The notes under the pieces: generated by a model
Databases searched by the model: none
The model's input: the letters and a program-made list of their open reading frames with translations, nothing else
What the model was told of the DNA's origin: nothing
From: Nitrosopumilus sp.
GTDB taxonomy: Archaea; Thermoproteota; Nitrososphaeria; Nitrososphaerales; Nitrosopumilaceae
Reading direction: 5' to 3'
Assembly (NCBI GenBank): GCA_965218695.1
Contig: OZ244651.1
Coordinates: 2,048,001 to 2,112,000, forward strand
DNA length: 64,000 nt
Shown: positions 9,768 through 18,693 of the stretch, piece by piece
How positions within the stretch are numbered: the stretch's first letter is position 1
Layout of the letters: every line of letters starts with the position of its first letter
Made by a program: the position numbers and the translations under genes

Positions 9768-10913
9768 CTACGCTGCTGCTGCAGCAGCTGCTGCATTACT
9801 GATGAGGGTGATCTGCTTGTCCGTTCCAGATATGACGATCCCTGCGGCCTCTGCGGGTGTAATTTTGCCAATGCCGCCATGGGGGCGGAAAAAGTTGTGG
9901 TGGACGATCATCAGCCGCACAAGCGCGGGACTTTCTGTCCCGAACTCGCGGGCGGTCTTGATGCGATCCTTGAATTCGCCGTTAAGCCTCTCGTGCTTGT
10001 TGTTATGACTGAAGCGGTTCTTCAGGTGAATCTCCCGGACGTGGATCAGCCTGAAGCCGTTGCGTCTCCAAAACGCCCTGCGGGCGGCAGGACAAAACGC
10101 CTGCAGGCCGTCTGTTACCAGCACCCACGGGGTGGTTCCGGCCAGATTCCTTGCGGCTGCAAACAGGGGGGCGGGTCTGTAGTTGAGTTTTGTCTCAGAC
10201 ACGTCATGGGACAGTATGAACCTGCTGGCGCCGTCCATGACGGCAAAAAGCCACCGCGCCTGCGCGCGAACCTTGAAATGTATCTCGTCGCAGTGCCACT
10301 TGTAGCTCGTGCGCGGCTGCAGCCGCCTTGAATATTCATCCATCAGCGTCGAATAATGTGCAGTCCACCTGTATATCGTGCTTGAATGCACGGTTGTTCC
10401 GTCCTGTGCCATCACTGCCTGCACCGCAGCGCAGGACAGCCCGTACGCTGCCTCCCTGAGTGCCCGGGATATCGCCTCTGGGCCGGCATGGCGCTTCTTG
10501 AAGCCCGGCCGTCCGGAGAATGTCCGGCCGCACGGCTTACACCGGTACCGCCGGATCGGCCCGTACGCGTTGTGTCGGTGCCCGTTGCGTGCAAACACAG
10601 TCGACTTGCAATGGTGGCATGCAGTCTGAGGCATGCTAATGACAATTGTATTTTGGTTCCTGCACCGGTCCCACATCCGGCCAAGCAACACGTCCACTGC
10701 CCGCACGTGCTTGCACAGGCCGTCACAATTGACGTAATGCTGGCACGCGCATACAAACCCGGCAGAGCCAAGAATCACCAGATACCACAGTCCTGGAATA
10801 GACTGCGATGCCACATTCCATCGTCTGAGACTTGTCATCCTCACCTGCTTTGGGTCGTTGCTGATCACCTGTCCCTGCCTTGCCGCCGTTTTGGCGCGTT
10901 TTGCCCTGTTCAT
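9768..10913 (-). CDS. IS6/IS240-like DDE transposase with N-terminal SWIM and zinc-ribbon motifs
   Basis: CACQH..CKHV (SWIM), CHHC..CKPC, WHCDE, LVTDG, NNKHERLNGEFKDR. Confidence 0.9.
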   Translation of the reverse strand: MNRAKRAKTAARQGQVISNDPKQVRMTSLRRWNVASQSIPGLWYLVILGSAGFVCACQHYVNCDGLCKHVRAVDVLLGRMWDRCRNQNTIVISMPQTACHHCKSTVFARNGHRHNAYGPIRRYRCKPCGRTFSGRPGFKKRHAGPEAISRALREAAYGLSCAAVQAVMAQDGTTVHSSTIYRWTAHYSTLMDEYSRRLQPRTSYKWHCDEIHFKVRAQARWLFAVMDGASRFILSHDVSETKLNYRPAPLFAAARNLAGTTPWVLVTDGLQAFCPAARRAFWRRNGFRLIHVREIHLKNRFSHNNKHERLNGEFKDRIKTAREFGTESPALVRLMIVHHNFFRPHGGIGKITPAEAAGIVISGTDKQITLISNAAAAAAAA

Positions 10914-10984
10914 AAATAAACCAATTGGTATTATTACATAGATCTTTCTACCAGTCTTAAATAACAGGCAGCTAAAAAAAATTC

Positions 10985-11161
10985 ATGACCCAGTGGGCCA
11001 AAGACGCCAAGGAATTTACCGTTTCTGTGATCAAAAACGAGAAGCGTCTGACAAACTACAGCTACATACCAAAACCGATACTTGAAATGCTTGGCAATCC
11101 CGACAAACTAAAGTTTGTCATTTCCGGTGATGACATAATGGTGCGCAGGCCAGACGAGTGA
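10985..11161 (+). CDS. Small AbrB/SpoVT-like protein inside the IS6 element (58 aa; not in ORF track)
   Basis: Manual translation MTQWAKDAKEFTVSVIKNEKRLTNYSYIPKPILEMLGNPDKLKFVISGDDIMVRRPDE; IPKxIxxxLG pattern. Confidence 0.7.
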   Translation: MTQWAKDAKEFTVSVIKNEKRLTNYSYIPKPILEMLGNPDKLKFVISGDDIMVRRPDE

Positions 11162-12026
11162 ATCTGGAGAAGATCCTGATTTTGTGTCACCAACCGATGA
11201 TGCAGGAGAACCGGAACATTGTGGGTGTGCCCTAGAGGCATATGCCCCCGGATGACAAAAGATATGGATCGGCGGATCACGGCATCGCCTAATGACTACA
11301 AAGAAACGCGACCAACGACAGTACGATTTGGTTCAGCAGTACCTGTCGGGCCTCATGCTGAATACCGTGCTGGGAATAATCAAGAATCTTGGGGATCCGT
11401 ACGCCGTCAGGCCCGGCCTGGGCGGCATGACGGCATACCCGCCTGGCGCCATGGCAGCTGTCTGCATCATGCTTGAGGCACAGCGCACGACCTACCGTAA
11501 GATGGTCGGCATCCTCCGAAACAATAGCGCCATGGCAGCCAAGATGGGCCTAGAGAAAATTCCCTCCAAGAGCACGATAGCACGCGCCTACGGCCTGATC
11601 CCGGAATGGTACCTGGCAGAGGCACACCGGATTGCCATCAGGGAGGTGGAGGCAGGCTCCCTGGCAGCAGACGGTACCGGATACTCGTACCTGCGGTTTG
11701 TCAGGTGGTTTGACGTCAGGACCGACAGTTTTCGTACCAGAAAGGGATGGGTCAAACTGCACGCAATCGTGGATATCCGCACCAGGGTGATAATCGACTG
11801 CATGGTGACTGACAGCGCAGTGGCAGACATAAACGGGCTGTACGCGATGCTCGGCAGGTTAGGCCGGGGCACCGGCGACTTTTGCCTGGATTCTGCATAC
11901 CTGGCAAGGCTCATGTGCAACATGATATCTGCGATGGGAATGGTGCCCCGCATCAAGCCAAAATCCAACACCATACGCAACGCCAGGGGAAGCCAGTCGT
12001 GGCGCGAGATGGTAAGCCTGTACATG

Positions 12027-13198
12027 AGACATCATCCGTAATTGGGCATAATCACGAGATTGGACGCATTGCAGGACAAATCTGGCTGACTGCATGGAAT
12101 TGCATGTCAATTCGAACTTGCCCGATGATCAAAACTATACGTCAGCCGTGTTTTATTCTGATTGCCAATGTCAAAGCATGTCATTATACGACAAATTAGC
12201 AAAAAAGCCCAAACTGTTCATCCGGTGCACTGGACTGACAGTCTCCGAATTTAATTTGGTGGCAGGGCGGCTGGCAAAAAAATACCCCAAGGCAGAGCAA
12301 AAGCGACTCGCCAAAAGAAGCAGGGTGCGCGGCATTGGTGCCGGACGCAGGTGGAAACTGGATCTGAAAAACAGGTTTCTTCTGGTCCTGTTTTATTACA
12401 GGACATACGCTACGCAGGATCTTCTTGCCCTGACGTTCCATGTGGGTCAGGCCAGTGTGTCCCGCAGCATGGGGGCACTGGAGCCGTCGATCCGGCAGTG
12501 CGTTCCGCTTCCGTCAAAGATCTACGCCAACATCAAGGCCACCAAGACGCTTGACGATCTTGAGGAGATCATTCCTGGCCTGACTGCTCTGATTGATGCC
12601 TCCGAGCAGCAGATACAGCGTCCCGGACGCAAGGACATGGAACGGTCCCACTACTCGGGCAAGGCACACAGGCACACGTCCAAGGTCCAGTACACGTCGG
12701 CCACGGACGGCCTCATCCTTCACAAGACCCGGCATTCCCCGGGCAGGATCCACGACTTTGCAGTATTCAAGAAGAAACACCCGACATTCCCTGACAACCT
12801 TCCACGCAAGGACGGGAGCAAGGACAAGGAAAGGATCAAAGTCAGAGAGATCCTGGACAACGGATACCAGGGGATCAACAAAGAATTTCCTGACCGGGAT
12901 GCAGTAGTGCCGTACAAGAAGCAAAAAGGCGCAGAATTGTCCCCCGAGCAGAAGGAATTCAACAAAAAGCACTCAAAGGCACGGGTGTATGTGAAGCATG
13001 CCATCCGCAGGGTCAAACGGTTTCGCATAATGAGCGGTGTCTACCGAAACCGCCTGAAAAAATACGACACCGTCAATGACATCGTCTGCGGATTTGCCAA
13101 CCTCAGGGTTCTCCTAGTCCGGGAAGCAACCTGATAGGAGTCAAAAAACCTACACAGTATAGGAAAATATGTACAATTTCTAATTACGGATTATGTCT
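12027..13198 (+). mobile_element. Nested IS5-family (DDE_Tnp_4/ISL2-like) element
   Basis: 17-bp TIR AGACATCATCCGTAATT / AATTACGGATTATGTCT (1 mismatch); 3-bp TSD ATG (12024-12026, 13199-13201). Confidence 0.92.
12178..13134 (+). CDS. DDE_Tnp_4 family transposase
   Basis: LIDASEQQIQRP, HYSGK, HDF, LDNGYQG, RVYVKHAIRRVKRF (K where the catalytic E is expected; may be inactive). Confidence 0.9.
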   Translation: MSLYDKLAKKPKLFIRCTGLTVSEFNLVAGRLAKKYPKAEQKRLAKRSRVRGIGAGRRWKLDLKNRFLLVLFYYRTYATQDLLALTFHVGQASVSRSMGALEPSIRQCVPLPSKIYANIKATKTLDDLEEIIPGLTALIDASEQQIQRPGRKDMERSHYSGKAHRHTSKVQYTSATDGLILHKTRHSPGRIHDFAVFKKKHPTFPDNLPRKDGSKDKERIKVREILDNGYQGINKEFPDRDAVVPYKKQKGAELSPEQKEFNKKHSKARVYVKHAIRRVKRFRIMSGVYRNRLKKYDTVNDIVCGFANLRVLLVREAT

Positions 13199-13635
13199 AT
13201 GGATGAACGGGACAGGTTTGACTCGGAATACCACCAGCGCAGCATATCGAGGCAGTCTTTGCCGCCCTCAAGAAGATGTACGGGGACAGCACCAGGTGCC
13301 GAAAACACGAGAACCGGACAAGGGAGACTGCGATCCGTGTCATGTGCTACAACATCGAGCTCGTGGCCAGATTGCAGGCAAAAGACGGCAGGCTCACACA
13401 GGATCAAATCGCGACACTTGCAGCGTAACCGGCGCGTCTTGACACGCGCCTCCTAGCGGAGCCTCCGCACAGTGTCTTGGATTTGGGGGATTTTATGGGT
13501 TGTGAAAGATTGACGGTGCGGCACTGTTGGCGTCGACGGGTTCTGGCACCAATCATGTCTTTGGCATTCTGGTACATGGGATGGCATTTTTTATTACTAG
13601 GACACACCCGAACATTGTTCCGTACATACTCAGTA

Positions 13636-14971
13636 CAGTAATCCCAGATGTGCCATCTAGCACCTGATGCAAACAGATCAATGGGGGCACGCCCAGACGA
13701 TCCTTATGTACCACCAAAAAGATCGCCTGAGACGCGATATGATGAACAATGGCAAAATATATGAATCTGTTGAGAAGGTGCTGAGAGAAAGCATCGTGCC
13801 GTCCGCCGAGGTCTCCAAAAGGTACAACGCGACATATGGCGCAAGCGACTTTAACGTCGGCATGCTGCATGCCGCGATGCTTGACACTTCGGTCGGCGGA
13901 TGCAGCTTCGCCATGAGAGAAATCACGGCGCAGTCCATCGAGAATCCAAGATATTCACGTCATTCTCCAAGCGACGAGTGGTTTCGCGATATCCTGTCCA
14001 AGACGGACGAGGGTAAGGCGCTTGAGACTTTTAACCAGGCGGTAAGGGCACAGCTGGATGAGCTTTACCTGTTTGGCAGGCTGCCTGATGTGCTTGATGT
14101 GGCCATCGACATGCACCTGATACCGTGCCACAGCAAGAAACTTGGCTCTGACCTGAGAGGCGGAGAGCGCAAGAGCGGCACCAACAGATTCGAGGCGTAC
14201 ATCACGGCGCAGTGCGTCAACTCCAAATCGCGGCTTATCCTTGCGGCCCTATACGTGGACAAGTCCTCATCCGTGCACGAATCCCTGCGTGAAATCCTCA
14301 ATTCGTGCCTAGAAAACGTCTCCGCCGTCGGATCCAGGCTGGGACTGATCCTGGTTGACAGGGGCTTCTTTTCAGTGAACTCAATATCCGAGATTGAGCG
14401 TCTTAGCCTTGAGTACCTGATGCCGTGCACCAGAACCAGTAGGGTGAAAGACTCGCTGCGCAAGTTCGTGGCCAAAACGCTCGGCCCCATCTCAAAATCC
14501 GACATGACGAATTCTGACAAGGCAACGGTTCAGTACCACATGATCATAGCAGAGAAGAAGAGAGTAAGGAAGGAAAGTGAGGGGGCGAAGAACGGGGACA
14601 AGAAGGCAGGTGCGCCGGAAGATCGATACATTGCGTTTGCCACCAATGCCCCGTGGATGGATGTAGAGGAATATTCCAAAAGGTGGACCATCGAGACATG
14701 CTACAGACTGGTAGAGAATGCCAGGGCGAAATCGTTCGGCAGCAGTAGGCCTGCCCGGCTTTTCTGCTTTCTGTACTCGCTGATGCTATTCAATGCGTGG
14801 GTGCTGGTAAACGCGCAGCTGGCCAGCTTTCTGAAGCTGCGTGACGGAGTCCTTCCGGTGACGCAGCTGTATATGAAAATTGTCACGCTAATAGCAATCT
14901 ATCGGAATATTACGATTCAGCCCGAGCCACCGCCAGATCCCGTGGCTCCGTGAGCACATCTGGGATTACTG
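13636..14971 (+). mobile_element. ISH3-family element
   Basis: Perfect 18-bp TIR CAGTAATCCCAGATGTGC (13636-13653, 14954-14971); 5-bp TSD CAGTA. Confidence 0.93.
13667..14953 (+). CDS. ISH3/IS4-like transposase (start uncertain)
   Basis: VAIDMHLIP, LVDRGFFS, YSKRWTIETCYR. Confidence 0.9.
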   Translation: MQTDQWGHAQTILMYHQKDRLRRDMMNNGKIYESVEKVLRESIVPSAEVSKRYNATYGASDFNVGMLHAAMLDTSVGGCSFAMREITAQSIENPRYSRHSPSDEWFRDILSKTDEGKALETFNQAVRAQLDELYLFGRLPDVLDVAIDMHLIPCHSKKLGSDLRGGERKSGTNRFEAYITAQCVNSKSRLILAALYVDKSSSVHESLREILNSCLENVSAVGSRLGLILVDRGFFSVNSISEIERLSLEYLMPCTRTSRVKDSLRKFVAKTLGPISKSDMTNSDKATVQYHMIIAEKKRVRKESEGAKNGDKKAGAPEDRYIAFATNAPWMDVEEYSKRWTIETCYRLVENARAKSFGSSRPARLFCFLYSLMLFNAWVLVNAQLASFLKLRDGVLPVTQLYMKIVTLIAIYRNITIQPEPPPDPVAP

Positions 14972-15199
14972 CAGTACGCGTTCACCTCCCCCCTTGCCAA
15001 TTCCACGTTAGTTGGGATGTCATACATGGGCATGTGATTGACTCCATCATGGAAGCATCCACCAGAAGACACGTCGGTGTGAAAATGCATGGCAATGTCA
15101 TCCTGCAGGCAGGCCTGGGGCTTTTTGTGGCATGATCTGCAACGCATCCTGCCAAGATGGTGCGGCAACGACTAGGATCTGCGGGATGTCGTGGCGCGA

Positions 15200-16999
15200 T
15201 TATTTGAGATTCTGAAATATCGGCGGCGGCGTCCCGGCCTCGAACATGTTCCACGAGTCGCATGCGGTGACCGCGTCGCCTGAGAATATTCCGCGTTTTG
15301 CGCACGTGGCGTGGATCGTCTGGAGCGTGGCAAGGTTGTCTGCGGCGCGCCAGTTCGGAAGTATGCGCTGTATGTTGCGCGGCCTTACGACATACCCGCG
15401 TATGGTCCTCTCGCAGGCGTTGGTGCTGCCTTCCATCCCGGGATGTCCGATGAACGTGAGGAGGTGCGGGATGGCGTTTTCAAGCGTGTCTGCAAACTTG
15501 CGGCTGTCATCATCAGAGACTGCGCCGTTCCGGTATGCATGGGCCACCTTTTGGAGGCGCCTGAGCAGGGCCGACCGGCTTGACTCGACGTGTTCTGCCA
15601 GTCCCGGGACGGTCCTGACGGCGGTGCCGATGTCGCAGGCAGACCGTGCCGGTTCCCCGGCCATCTCGAGCGTCCTGGCAGCTGCTGCCTTGGCGTCATG
15701 GTATATGCGGCGCATCATGACGTACAGGACGTACTCAAACGAGCCGGTGCCGTGACGAATGGCCAGGCCCTCGCTCTTGCGGTTCACGTGCACAAAGCAC
15801 GACTGGAACTCTCTCCCAAAGGCGTTGCCTCCACGGTACATGTCTGCCACAAACGGCCTGCCCAGCACCATCCAAAAGACGCTTTCCATGGTCTTTCTGG
15901 ACTTGTCCTGCCGTATCCGTATGAGGGCGGCATGCTCTGTGTCCAGCACCATGCCCTGCGCCTGCCTGCCCCCGACGTTCTTGCGCGACTCGTCTATCTG
16001 TACGCATGGTGCCATGCTGATCTTTTCTTCTATCTGCCAGAGAAGCGGCTGTGCTGCTGCTGCTGCCGCTGCTGCTGCCGCTGCTATCGTGCCGGACCAG
16101 ACGGCATCCCGGCTCACATCGTACGGCCCGTGGTCTGCAGACGGCGGCAGAAGCAGGAGCGGTGCCTTGGAGACTAACGGTATTTCTGCATGGTCGGGGG
16201 CCGTTTCCGGACGGTTCCCTTTTGCGCGTCCTGCCGTCCCCGACAGGCAGTTGGATATGCATCCTGTAGATAGCGTGACGCCGTGGTTTGATGCCAGGAG
16301 CTTTTGGATGGACCTTACGGATGGCACGACTGCGTGTATGTTGGTAATTATCCTCCTCAGACCGGGCCCGAGCGATGATCCCGCAATGGTGCCTGTCTCG
16401 GGGCGCGTGACGGTGCCGCACCCGATGCAGTATGCCGGCACGGTCTCCTCCACGTGGCAGACTGCCATCCCGTTGCCGCATCGGGGCAAATCAAGCACCA
16501 CTTTCCAGAACGCCCCTTCGGGCTGCGTGTCCGTCCTGCCACAGTTTTTGCACGTGTCTGCCCGATACGTCCTGGTCCCAGTCGGCTTGCAGGCGTGGGA
16601 GACTCCCTTTGTACCGGACTGATGCCCGCGCCGCCTTCCGGCAGGACGGGCGCTGCTGCTGCTGCTGCTGCCGCCTTCTGCCCTGCAGGTTCCGCCGTCT
16701 GCCATTCTCTGGAACTCTTTTCGCTTCTTGGCAAACAGGACCGTCTCCCTGGAGGAATGGTTCCAACTCTCGTGGACCGACAGCATCCTTTTGAGACTGG
16801 CCACCTCTTTTTTCAGGTCGTCATTCTCCATGGTCTTTTGTGCCAGCCTGTCCCTCAACGAATCCACCAATCCCAAACACATCGCGACCACCCCGATCAG
16901 ACAATCCACCACTCCCCATGCGCGGCGCAGTTCCGCCTGCAGGATCAGTTTTTCAGATTTTGGGGGGGTCATGCCTAAAGGGACACCTGCCCGTGGCAT
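15200..16999 (-). CDS. IS66-family transposase (start uncertain)
   Basis: Coiled coil, CKNC..CIGC, QIDES, FQSCFVH, STNACERTIR; poly-Ser and poly-Ala tracts. Confidence 0.88.
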   Translation of the reverse strand: MPRAGVPLGMTPPKSEKLILQAELRRAWGVVDCLIGVVAMCLGLVDSLRDRLAQKTMENDDLKKEVASLKRMLSVHESWNHSSRETVLFAKKRKEFQRMADGGTCRAEGGSSSSSSARPAGRRRGHQSGTKGVSHACKPTGTRTYRADTCKNCGRTDTQPEGAFWKVVLDLPRCGNGMAVCHVEETVPAYCIGCGTVTRPETGTIAGSSLGPGLRRIITNIHAVVPSVRSIQKLLASNHGVTLSTGCISNCLSGTAGRAKGNRPETAPDHAEIPLVSKAPLLLLPPSADHGPYDVSRDAVWSGTIAAAAAAAAAAAQPLLWQIEEKISMAPCVQIDESRKNVGGRQAQGMVLDTEHAALIRIRQDKSRKTMESVFWMVLGRPFVADMYRGGNAFGREFQSCFVHVNRKSEGLAIRHGTGSFEYVLYVMMRRIYHDAKAAAARTLEMAGEPARSACDIGTAVRTVPGLAEHVESSRSALLRRLQKVAHAYRNGAVSDDDSRKFADTLENAIPHLLTFIGHPGMEGSTNACERTIRGYVVRPRNIQRILPNWRAADNLATLQTIHATCAKRGIFSGDAVTACDSWNMFEAGTPPPIFQNLK

Positions 17000-17327
17000 C
17001 CCGTGGATGCCGGATCGGTTTTTTTAAATATTGATTCCGTGCATGGATATTGACGCGCATGTTTCATGTGGATTCATCGTTTACTGAATCATGCGTTGTC
17101 ATTTTAAGCACAGATTTGGAAAAAATTCATTCATTGGTTTGTGTTGTTTGATGCCTGTGCATTAGGATGATTGGCATGGAGTGGGTGCAGTGTCAAGGAG
17201 GGGGGGACGTGAACGCTTACCATACTCAGGTCCCCCTCAAACTCAGGCGTGAATATACGTAAAACAGTACATGTTTACGCCTAGACAATACCGGGACCTG
17301 AGTATGTACATTGTTCCAGCAAATGGC

Positions 17328-17379
17328 TGGGTTTACGCTTGATTCCACAATGTTGTAGGCATCGAACCTGAACAGTTGC
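17328..17379. repeat. Dispersed 52-bp intergenic repeat, copy 2
   Basis: 44/52 identical to 9041-9092. Confidence 0.85.
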
Positions 17380-17409
17380 ATTGTTCTGCACATGGGGTTC
17401 TGCTTGAGC

Positions 17410-17583
17410 CTACAGCCCCGGCCTGTCGGGAATATAGTCTGTGGCCATGTTCACTGCCTGGTCCTTCATGATCTCGATATAGTCGTCATACTCTGCCTCA
17501 AAGTTGCAGTGGGGACAACTTACCTTCGTAATCTCGTCGTCTAGAACCGCGACTTTTTCGCACTCCGGGCACCTTGCATCCAT
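17410..17583 (-). CDS. Small zinc-ribbon protein (57 aa; not in ORF track)
   Basis: Manual translation MDARCPECEKVAVLDDEITKVSCPHCNFEAEYDDYIEIMKDQAVNMATDYIPDRPGL; two CxxC. Confidence 0.8.
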   Translation of the reverse strand: MDARCPECEKVAVLDDEITKVSCPHCNFEAEYDDYIEIMKDQAVNMATDYIPDRPGL

Positions 17584-17635
17584 ATTGTACCATGTTTCCC
17601 AAGATATTTAATCATACTTGACATAGACTCCGCAC

Positions 17636-17709
17636 GCGGAGTTAGTTTAGCCCGGTATGACGTCAGCTTCCCAAGCTGAAGGCCGCGGGTTCAAATCCCG
17701 CACTCCGCA
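17636..17709 (+). tRNA. tRNA-Gly(CCC)
   Basis: Acceptor GCGGAGT/ACTCCGC, anticodon arm TCAGC-TTCCCAA-GCTGA, T arm GGTTCAAATCC. Confidence 0.96.
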
Positions 17710-18663
17710 TTACAACTCCCTGATTGCCTGCTCGATGACTCCTCTGTCTGGTGCGCGCGGAAGATACCTCAGATACCTCTTGAGATCATTCCTTGCCTCT
17801 GGGCCGTTCGCCTGCTGCTGCATCAGATAGGCCCTGTTCTTGTAGATTCTGGCCGATCTCTTCGGGTTGATTCCGATGGCCTTTGTATAGTACGACTCTG
17901 CCTCTCCAAACTGCTTTGTCTTGAGGTAGTAATTTCCAAGACCGTTGCATGCAAGATATGCCCTGTCGTTGATCTCCAGGCACCTCTGATAGAACTTTAC
18001 GCATTCAGACAGGTTCTGCTCGTTCATCATTCCGCCAAGCATCTGTTGTGCAGTCGGATTGTCTGGGTCCTGCCTTGCAGCCTCCTTCAGCGACGTCACT
18101 GCCCCGACGCGATCCCCTAGTATGGACTGCCTCTCTGCTTCCAGGCACAGCCGGTTTGACTTGCTGCCTGACTCGTTTTCGGGCCTTGCACCCGACAGGA
18201 CATCCGGCGGAGCCAACAGAATCAGTAGCCGCCCGTCCTCGGACCACTCCTGTTCAAAGACATCCTGGGGTATTGCGCCCTCCTGCTGCTCTCCCTCTGC
18301 AGTGCCTGTCTGGATGTAATGCAGTATGTTCTCCTCATCATAACCTGTAATTACTGAGGCGTGGTGGGTAATCTCCGGAATTCCCGGCAGGATGACTATC
18401 GGGGGAATTCCCAGATCGATAACCCTCTTCAGTTCCTGTACTGATGAGCGTACCATCATGCATTTAAGGCCGTGCCGTTCTGCCATCTCTATTCCCTCAA
18501 TCAGGACACTTCCGTCAAACCCCTGGTATCTTTTTGCGGTCCTGGCTGCCTCTTCTATGGGCAGGCTGACATTCCAGTATCTTGACACTACGTTGATTGG
18601 CAGCGGAAGGCAGATGTTCTCCCTGTCCACCAGCGGCAGGATGAGCTCGTTGCTGTCTTCCAT
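17710..18663 (-). CDS. Peptidase C39-like domain plus TPR protein
   Basis: NICLP, HASVITGYD; C-terminal TPRs (ACNGLGNYY..AESYYTKAIGINP). Confidence 0.8.
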   Translation of the reverse strand: MEDSNELILPLVDRENICLPLPINVVSRYWNVSLPIEEAARTAKRYQGFDGSVLIEGIEMAERHGLKCMMVRSSVQELKRVIDLGIPPIVILPGIPEITHHASVITGYDEENILHYIQTGTAEGEQQEGAIPQDVFEQEWSEDGRLLILLAPPDVLSGARPENESGSKSNRLCLEAERQSILGDRVGAVTSLKEAARQDPDNPTAQQMLGGMMNEQNLSECVKFYQRCLEINDRAYLACNGLGNYYLKTKQFGEAESYYTKAIGINPKRSARIYKNRAYLMQQQANGPEARNDLKRYLRYLPRAPDRGVIEQAIREL

Positions 18664-18693
18664 GGAACTGGTGAATCATACGAGTTATTAAAA

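Larger units (their letters stand above)
9518..11212 (-). mobile_element. IS6-family-like element with long TIRs
   Basis: 52-bp TIR starting GGTTCTCCTGC (9518-9569 vs 11161-11212, 2 mismatches); 9-bp duplication GGAACATTG (9509-9517, 11213-11221). Confidence 0.9.
11292..13428 (+). pseudogene. IS5 transposase disrupted by nested IS plus 1-bp deletion near 13246
   Basis: Protein identical to 275-1237 up to ..VSLYM, resumes at 13199; AGCATCATCGAG reads AGCATATCGAG. Confidence 0.92.
11223..13609 (+). mobile_element. Second copy of the IS5-family element, interrupted
   Basis: TIRs GGGTGTGCCCTAG 11223-11235 and CTAGGACACACCC 13597-13609; TSD GAACATTGT 11214-11222 and 13610-13618. Confidence 0.93.
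13633..17220 (-). mobile_element. IS66-family element (single ORF); left TIR interrupted by ISH3
   Basis: Ends GTA|CGCGTTCAC and GTGAACGCTTAC (17209-17220); 8-bp TSD CATACTCA (13625-13632, 17221-17228). Confidence 0.88.
13622..17309. mobile_element. 92-bp MITE (IS66-like ends) split by nested IS66
   Basis: Reconstructed 17-bp TIR GTACATACTCAGGTCCC / GGGACCTGAGTATGTAC (17293-17309); 8-bp TSD ATTGTTCC (13614-13621, 17310-17317). Confidence 0.85.

Noticed and set aside
9623-9880. Gln/Ser-rich 85-aa ORF
   Set aside because: Product of the GCA repeat tract in an alternative frame.
17627-17634. ACTCCGCA upstream of tRNA-Gly duplicating its 3' end (att site?)
   Set aside because: Only 8 bp, on the wrong side for an att remnant, and no integrase nearby.
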